Shown here piece after piece: positions 56,260 through 64,000 of a DNA stretch of 64,000 nucleotides. The translations under genes and the position numbers were made by a program. Below the pieces are notes generated by a model that was not told the origin of the DNA, did no database searches, and saw only the letters and a program-made list of their open reading frames with translations. Origin of the DNA: the human T2T-CHM13v2.0 reference genome, Homo sapiens; assembly GCF_009914755.1 (NCBI RefSeq), contig NC_060943.1, one strand, 5' to 3'. Position 1 is the stretch's first letter; the number at the start of each line of letters is the position of its first letter.

Positions 56260-58742
56260 GACGTGAGAGGGAGACAGAAGTCGGCACACAGACACGCACT
56301 GCGCGCGCACACACACAGACACACACACAGACGCACCCCCCCAACACACACACACACACCCATAACGAACACACACGTACAGCAGGGAACACCCACCCGC
56401 AGGCAGCCCCTGAAGCTGCCGGGTTCTGCTCTCCGCGACTAAGAGCCACCGGTGAGAGAGCAGCCCACGGGCACACAGGCGGACCTGTGCTCGTCATCAC
56501 AAGGGCTCCACTTTTGGGGAGACTCACCCGCACACCGTCCGCGCACGCCTGAGGCTGGGATCCCGCGCTGCCTTGCCGGCGATCTGTCTGAGGTTTCTTC
56601 CTCTTGGGGTTTCTTCCTGCTGGTGAACCCTCCGCGAATCCCGGCCTCCGGAGACCGTCCTGGTAACTGCCCTGGCCAGGACTGGTCTCAGCCCAGACTC
56701 AGACGCACGATCACACAGGGCTCCTACTTCGCCAAGTGTCAGGGACCCATCCCCGGGCAACGGTGGCTTTCACTGTGACCCAAGCGGCGGCTTGGGCCTC
56801 GCGCATGCGCACTGGCGAGGCCGACTCCCCCGCTCCACGCCCCCTTACTCCGCAGAGTCAGGCTGCGGACCCTTTAAAAAATGGCGGCGACGCGGCGGCT
56901 GCGGGGCCTGGGGCGGCGGTGCTGGAGGTTGCGGTGGCGGCGGTGGCGGCGCAGCGGCGGGTGGGAAGAGGACTGCCAGAGGGGCCTGCGGGAGACCCAG
57001 GGTCGGACCCATAGGAGTCCTGTGGTGAGGACCTCCTTGATCGCTCTTCTGCTTCGGTTCCCGCGAAAGGAGGAGCTTCGGGATGCCGGCTGGGCTGCGC
57101 GGACTCCTCTTGGGGTCCGATGATGGATCCAACCGGGTGATCGGGAATGGGGTTCCAATGCAGTGAGGCCGAAAGGGTCTCGCCGGGGCACAGAAAGATC
57201 CCCAGGGCCGCAAGGCGTGCTGTCGGCTGCAAAGGCACCGACCCATGAGCCCACTGCCTCCCTCCCTCCTGGCAGGAGCAGGGGCCTGCCTTCATCTCCA
57301 AGGCCCGAGGGCTCCGGCATCCCGACGCGGCTTCCGGCGACACGGGCAAAGAGAGACAGAGGCGAGTCCGAGCTGGTGCCAGCGTGTCCACATGTGGCAC
57401 TGTCGTCCCCCAAGAGCACATGCAGGCAGCGTGTGTCTTTGAGGCCGTAGGGGGCGACGACGAGACGGACAGTGATGTCCAGGCGTGCGCCCGGGGGGCC
57501 ACTGGAGACCTGCCCCACAAAGCGGAGGAAAAGCCAAGCGCACCTGAAAACCTGCGAGACAGGGCCTGTGCGCGAGTCCACGCCACGTTCAGGGAGGCCC
57601 GCCAGAGGAGCCGAGACGTTTGGACAAAGTACACCCCACCCCCAGCCCGCCGCCGGCTAGGTACCCCTGACGCAAACTCCCCTGCACCCAGCCAAAACCC
57701 AGTCCCGTTGGCTCCCTGACATCCGTGGCAGCCAAAAGATTCGGTGCTAGAAGGCACTTTCCCCAGGAGCGGAGGAACCGGTTGGCCCTCAAGAATCAGA
57801 GAGGAAGTGCAGGTGGGATGCAACACCGCCTTTCCTAGAAGGCCAATGTCAGGAGCGGTGGGCTTGCCTCCGCCTCTTCCTGGACCGAGCGTGCAGCCAT
57901 CACTTGGGCCATGGAGACCGAGAGAGCTTCCCTGTCCCACACAGGTATGGAAGCCCAGAGCTCCAGGATCACCACAGCTGCCCAGTCATCCAGAAAGAGG
58001 TGTGGAGAGGGAAACAATCATGACGCGGACCGCCACGAGGTTTCTCCCTGATGGACGGGGAAGTCTTGTTTGTGGAAGACACTGAGCCACGCTAAGAAGC
58101 CGCCAGGCTTCTCAGAGACGGGGCAGACACAGCAAGAGGGAGGTCAGAGCAGAGGCCAGAGCCCAGGCAGGATACGGGGGGGCCATGCCACCACCACCGG
58201 CATCCGGGGAGGAGTGTCAAACGGGTGACTCGGCCAGGAAGGCCAGCCTTTGAGAGACAGACATGCTTGCCCCATCCCCTTGCCGGCTTCCTTCTCCGTC
58301 CCTGCGTCGAGCTGTGGCTACATTTCTCGATGAGGGCAGAGTGCGACAGCCGTGACAACCACCTTCTTGAAGCTCTGCGGGCACCCTCCTGCGGGTGGAC
58401 AATGAGCGCCTGGGAGGCCGTTGTCCTTGGTTGGGGAGTGCTCGTCTGGATCCAGCCTAGCAAAGAGGCTGCTCCGGATGGGGAGGGGATGAAAACCCCT
58501 GCGGGTTCGACGCCGATGCCCACGTTGCCCAGGCCTTCACAGACCCCCAAACTGTAACTGCCGGGACGACGACTGCCAACCGGCCACACGACCCAGGCAG
58601 AGACGCGGGGAGAGGCTGACCAGAAGAAAGGCCGACGTGCAAGAAACCCACCCTCCGGCGCACAGGGCACATGTGTCCCAAGGCGCATGCACACACAGAC
58701 GGACAGAGACAGACAGAGAGGGCGACGGAAACAGCGAGGAGG

Positions 58743-58776
<34 letters not shown>

Positions 58777-61265
58777 GACGTGAGAGAGAGACAGAAGTCG
58801 GCACACAGACACGCACTGCGCGCGCACACACACAGACACACACACAGACGCACCCCCCCAACACACACACACACACCCATAACGAACACACACGTACAGC
58901 AGGGAACACCCACCCGCAGGCAGCCCCTGAAGCTGCCGGGTTCTGCTCTCCGAGACTAAGAGCCACCGGTGAGAGAGCAGCCCACGGGCACACAGGCGGA
59001 CCTGTGCTCGTCATCACAAGGGCTCCACTTTTGGGGAGACTCACCCGCACACCGTCCGCGCACGCCTGAGGCTGGGATGCCGCGCTGCCTCGCCGGCGAT
59101 CTGTCTGAGTTTTCTTCCTCCTGGGGTTTCTTCCTGCTGGTGGACCCTCCGCGAATCCCGGCCTCCGGAGACCGTCCTGGTAAATGCCCTGGCCAGGACT
59201 GGTCTCAGCCCAGACTCAGACGCACATCACACAGGGCTCCTACTTCGCCAAGTGTCAGGGACCCATCCCCGGGCAACGGTGGCTTTCACTGTGACCCAAG
59301 CGGCGGCTTGGGCCTCGCGCATGCGCACTGGCGAGGCCGACTCCCCCGCTCCACCCCCCCTTACTCCGCAGAGTCAGGCTGCGGACCCTTTAAAAAATGG
59401 CGGCGACGCGGCGGCTGCGGGGCCTGGGGCGGCGGTGCTGGAGGTTGCGGCGGCGGCGGTGGCGGCGCAGCCCAAGGCGGCGGGTGGGAAGAGGACTGCC
59501 AGAGGGGCCTGCGGGAGACCCAGGGTCGGACCCATAGGAGTCCTGTGGTGAGGACCTCCTTGATCGCACTTCTGCTTCGGTTCCCGCTGAAGGAGGAGCT
59601 TCGAGATGCCGGCTGGGCTGCGCGGACTCCTCTTGGGGTCCGATGATGGATCCAACCGGGTAATCGGGAATGGGGTTCCAATGCAGTGAGGCCGAAAGGG
59701 TCTCGCCGGGGCACAGAAAGATCCCCAGGGCCGCAAGGCGTGCTGTCGGCTGCAAAGGCACCGACCCATGAGCCCACTGCCTCCCTCCCTCCTGGCAGGA
59801 GCAGGGGCCTGCCTTCATCTCCAAAGCCCGAGGGCTCCGGCATCCCGAGGCGGCTTCCGGCGACACGGGCAAAGACAGACAGAGGCGAGTCCGAGCTGGT
59901 GCCAGCGTGTCCACATGTGGCACTGTCGTCCCCCAAGAGCACATGCAGGCAGCGTGTGTCTTTGAGACCGTAGGGGGCGACGACGAGACGGACAGTGATG
60001 TCCAGGCGTGCGCCCGGGGGGCCACTGGAGACCTGCCCCACAAAGCGGAGGAAAAGCCAAGCGCACCTGAAAACCTGCGAGACAGGGCCTGTGCGCGAGT
60101 CCACGCCACGTTCAGGGAGGCCCGCCAGAGGAGCGGAGAGGTTTGGACAAAGTACACCCCACCCCCAGCCCACCGCCGGCTAGGTACCCCTGACGCAACC
60201 TCCCCTACACCCAGCCAAAACCCAGTCCCGTTGGCTCCCTGACATCCGTGGCAGCCAAAAGATTCGGTGCTAGAAGGCACTTTCCCCAGGAGCGGAGGAA
60301 CCGGTTGGCCCTCAAGAATCAGAGAGGAAGTGCAGGTGGGATGCAACACCGCCTTTCCTAGAAGGCCAATGTCAGGAGCGGTGGGCTTGCCTCCGCCTCT
60401 TCCTGGACCGAGCGTGCAGCCATCACTTGGGCCATGGAGACCGAGAGAGCTTCCCTGTCCCACACAGGTATGGAAGCCCAGAGCTCCAGGATCACCACAG
60501 CTGCCCAATCATCCAGAAAGAGGTGTGGAGAGGGAAACAATCATGACGCGGACCGCCACGAGGTTTCTCCCTGATGGACGGGGAAGTCTTGTTTGTGGAA
60601 GACACTGAGCCACGCTAAGAAGCCGCCAGGCTTCTCAGAGACGGGGCAGACACAGCAAGAGGGAGGTCAGAGCAGAGGCCAGAGCCCAGGCAGGATACGG
60701 GGGGGCCATGCCACCACCACCGGCATCCGGGGAGGAGTGTCAAACGGGTGACTCGGCCAGGAAGGCCAGCCTTTGAGAGACAGACATGCTTGCCCCATCC
60801 CCTAGCCGGCTTCCTTCTCCGTCCCTGCGTCGAGCTGTGGCTACATTTCTCGATGAGGGCAGAGGGCGACAGGCGTGACAACCACCTTCTTGAAGCTCTG
60901 CGGGCACCCTCCTGCGGGTGGACAATGAGCGCCTGGGAGGCCGTTGTCCTTGGTTGGGGAGCGCTCGTCTGGATCCAGCCTAGCAAAGAGGCTGCTCCGG
61001 ATGGGGAGGGGATGAAAACCCCTGCGGGTTCGACGCCGATGCCCACGTTGCCCAGGCCTTCACAGACCCCCAAACTGGAACTGCCGGGACGACGACTGCC
61101 AACCGGCCACACGACCCAGGCAGAGACGCGGGGAGAGGCTGACCAGAAGAAAGGCCGACGTGCAAGAAACCCACCCTCCGGCGCACAGGGCACATGTGTC
61201 CCAAGGCGCACGCACACACAGACGGACAGAGACAGACAGAGAGGGCGACGGAAACAGCGAGAAGG

Positions 61266-61299
<34 letters not shown>

Positions 61300-63789
61300 G
61301 ACGTGAGAGAGAGACAGAAGTCGGCACACAGACACGCACTGCGCGCGCACACACACAGACACACACACAGACGCACCCCCCCAACACACACACACACACC
61401 CATAACGAACACACACGTACAGCAGGGAACACCCACCCGCAGGCAGCCCCTGAAGCTGCCGGGTTCTGCTCTCGGAGACTAAGAGCCACCGGTGAGAGAG
61501 CAGCCCACGGGCACACAGGCGGACCTGTGCTCGTCATCACAAGGGCTCCACTTTTGGGGAGACTCACCCGCACACCGTCCGCGCACGCCTGAGGCTGGGA
61601 TCCCGCGCTGCCTCGCCGGCGATCTGTCTGAGGTTTCTTCCTCTTGGGGTTTCTTCCTGCTGGTGGACCCTCCGCGAATCCCGGCCTCCGGAGACCGTCC
61701 TGGTAACTGCCCTGGCCAGGACTGGTCTCAGCCCAGACTCAGACGCACGATCACACAGGGCTCCTACTTCGCCAAGTGTCAGGGACCCATCCCCGGGCAA
61801 CGGTGGCTTTCACTGTGACCCAAGCGGCGGCTTGGGCCTCGCGCATGCGCACTGGCGAGGCCGACTCCCCCGCTCCACCCCCCCTTACTCCGCAGAGTCA
61901 GGCTGCGGACCCTTTAAAAAATGGCGGCGACGCGGCGGCTGCGGGGCCTGGGGCGGCGGTGCTGGAGGTTGCGGCGGCGGCGGTGGCGGGCCAGCCCGAG
62001 GCGGCGGGTGGGAAGAGGACTGCCAGAGGGGCCTGCGGGAGACCCAGGGTCGGACCCATAGGAGTCCTGTGGTGAGGACCTCCTTGATCGCTCTTCTGCT
62101 TCGGTTCCCGCGAAAGGAGGAGCTTCGGGATGCCGGCTGGGCTGCGCGGACTCCTCTTGGGGTCCGATGATGTATCCAACCGGGTGATCGGGAATGGGGT
62201 TCCAATGCAGTGAGGCCGAAACGGTCTCGCCGGGGCACAGAAAGATCCCCAGGGCCGCAAGGCGTGCTGTCGGCTGCAAAGGCACCGACCCATGAGCCCA
62301 CTGCCTCCCTCCCTCCTGGCAGGAGCAGGGGCCTGCCTTCATCTCCAAGGCCCGAGGGCTCCGGCATCCCGACGCGGCTTCCGGCGACACGGGCAAAGAG
62401 AGACAGAGGCGAGTCCGAGCTGGTGCCAGTGTGTCCACATGTGGCACTGTCGTCCCCCAAGAGCACATGCAGGCAGCGTGTGTCTTTGAGACCGTAGGGG
62501 GCGACGACGAGACGGACAGTGATGTCCAGGCGTGCGCCCGGGGGGCCACTGGAGACCTGCCCCACAAAGCGGAGGAAAAGCCAAGCGCACCTGAAAACCT
62601 GCGAGACAGGGCCTGTGCGCGAGTCCACGCCACGTTCAGGGAGGCCCGCCAGAGGAGCCGAGAGGTTTGGACAAAGTACACCCCACCCCCAGCCCGCCGC
62701 CGGCTAGGTACCCCTGACGCAACCTCCCCTGCACCCAGCCAAAACCCAGTCCCGTTGGCTCCCTGACATCCGTGGCAGCCAAAAGATTCGGTGCTAGAAG
62801 GCACTTTCCCCAGGAGCGGAGGAACCGGTTGGCCCTCAAGAATCAGAGAGGAAGTGCAGGTGGGATGCAACACCGCCTTTCCTAGAAGGCCAATGTCAGG
62901 AGCGGTGGGCTTGCCTCCGCCTCTTCCTGGACCGAGCGTGCAGCCATCACTTGGGCCATGGAGACCGAGAGAGCTTCCCTGTCCCACACAGGTATGGAAG
63001 CCCAGAGCTCCAGGATCACCACAGCTGCCCAATCATCCAGAAAGAGGTGTGGAGAGGGAAACAATCATGACGCGGACCGCCACGAGGTTTCTCCCTGATG
63101 GACGGGGAAGTCTTGTTTGTGGAAGACACTGAGCCACGCTAAGAAGCCGCCAGGCTTCTCAGAGACGGGGCAGACACAGCAAGAGGGAGGTCAGAGCAGA
63201 GGCCAGAGCCCAGGCAGGATACGGGGGGGCCATGCCACCACCACCGGCATCCGGGGAGGACTGTCAAACGGGTGACTCGGCCAGGAAGGCCAGCCTTTGA
63301 GAGACAGACATGCTTGCCCCATCCCCTTGCCGGCTTCCTTCTCCATCCCTGCGTCGAGCTGTGGCTACATTTCTCGATGAGGGCAGAGGGCGACAGGCGT
63401 GACAACCACCTTCTTGAAGCTCTGCGGGCACCCTCCTGCAGGTGGACAATGAGCGCCTGGGAGGCCGTTGTCCTTGGTTGGGGAGCGCTCGTCTGGATCC
63501 AGCCTAGCAAAGAGGCTGCTCCGGATGGGGAGGGGATGAAAACCCCTGCGGGTTCGACGCCGATGCCCACGTTGCCCAGGCCTTCACAGACCCCCAAACT
63601 GGAACTGCCGGGACGACGACTGCCAACCGGCCACACGACCCAGGCAGAGACGCGGGGAGAGGCTGACCAGAAGAAAGGCCGACGTGCAAGAAACCCACCC
63701 TCCGGCGCACAGGGCCCATGTGTCCCAAGGCGCACGCACACACAGACGGACAGAGACAGAAAGAGAGGGCGACCGAAAGAGCGAGAAGG

Positions 63790-63821
<32 letters not shown>

Positions 63822-64000
63822 CAGAAGTCGGCACACAGACACGCACTGCGCGCGCACACACACAGACACACACACAGACGCATGCCCCCAACACACACAC
63901 ACACACACCCATAACGAACACACACGTACAGCAGGGAACACCCACCCGCAGGCAGCCCCTGAAGCTGCCGGGTTCTGCTCTCCGCGACTAAGAGCCACCG

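Noticed and set aside
15987-64000. Alternative identities for the array: rDNA/5S, D4Z4-DUX4, RNU2, tRNA or SNAR clusters, CRISPR
   Set aside because: No rRNA, homeobox, snRNA or tRNA sequence recognised; the unit size and single SstI site fit SST1; there is no short repeat-spacer structure.

Overview
Primate (very likely human) genomic DNA in two parts. Bases 1 to ~15.9 kb are an Alu-dense non-coding flank. It contains a truncated HERV-K LTR5, at least 13 Alus, MLT1 and MST MaLR LTRs, MER33, MER5A and L1M fragments. It also has several well-formed + strand splice-site pairs suggesting a spliced lncRNA (from memory the LINC00665/LINC01535 family; unverified), an old ~360-bp inverted duplication and a decayed ZNF143/ETS promoter. 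From ~15,940 to the window end is a CpG-rich macrosatellite of 19 complete head-to-tail units of 2,507-2,563 bp. Each unit has one SstI/SacI site, which fits the ~2.5-kb SST1 (MER22) family; the location is probably 19q13.12 (inference). Each unit carries an NRF1 + YY1 promoter-like module with splice donors pointing both ways, a 176-nt acceptor/donor-bounded cassette holding a strong-Kozak 46-aa Arg-rich small ORF (below the ORF-track cutoff), and a GA/CA microsatellite block. Unit variants show a two-unit higher-order repeat (5,048-bp period), phase switches at or beside the microsatellite block, long-range sharing of variants and an internal diverged island. No conventional protein-coding gene is supported.
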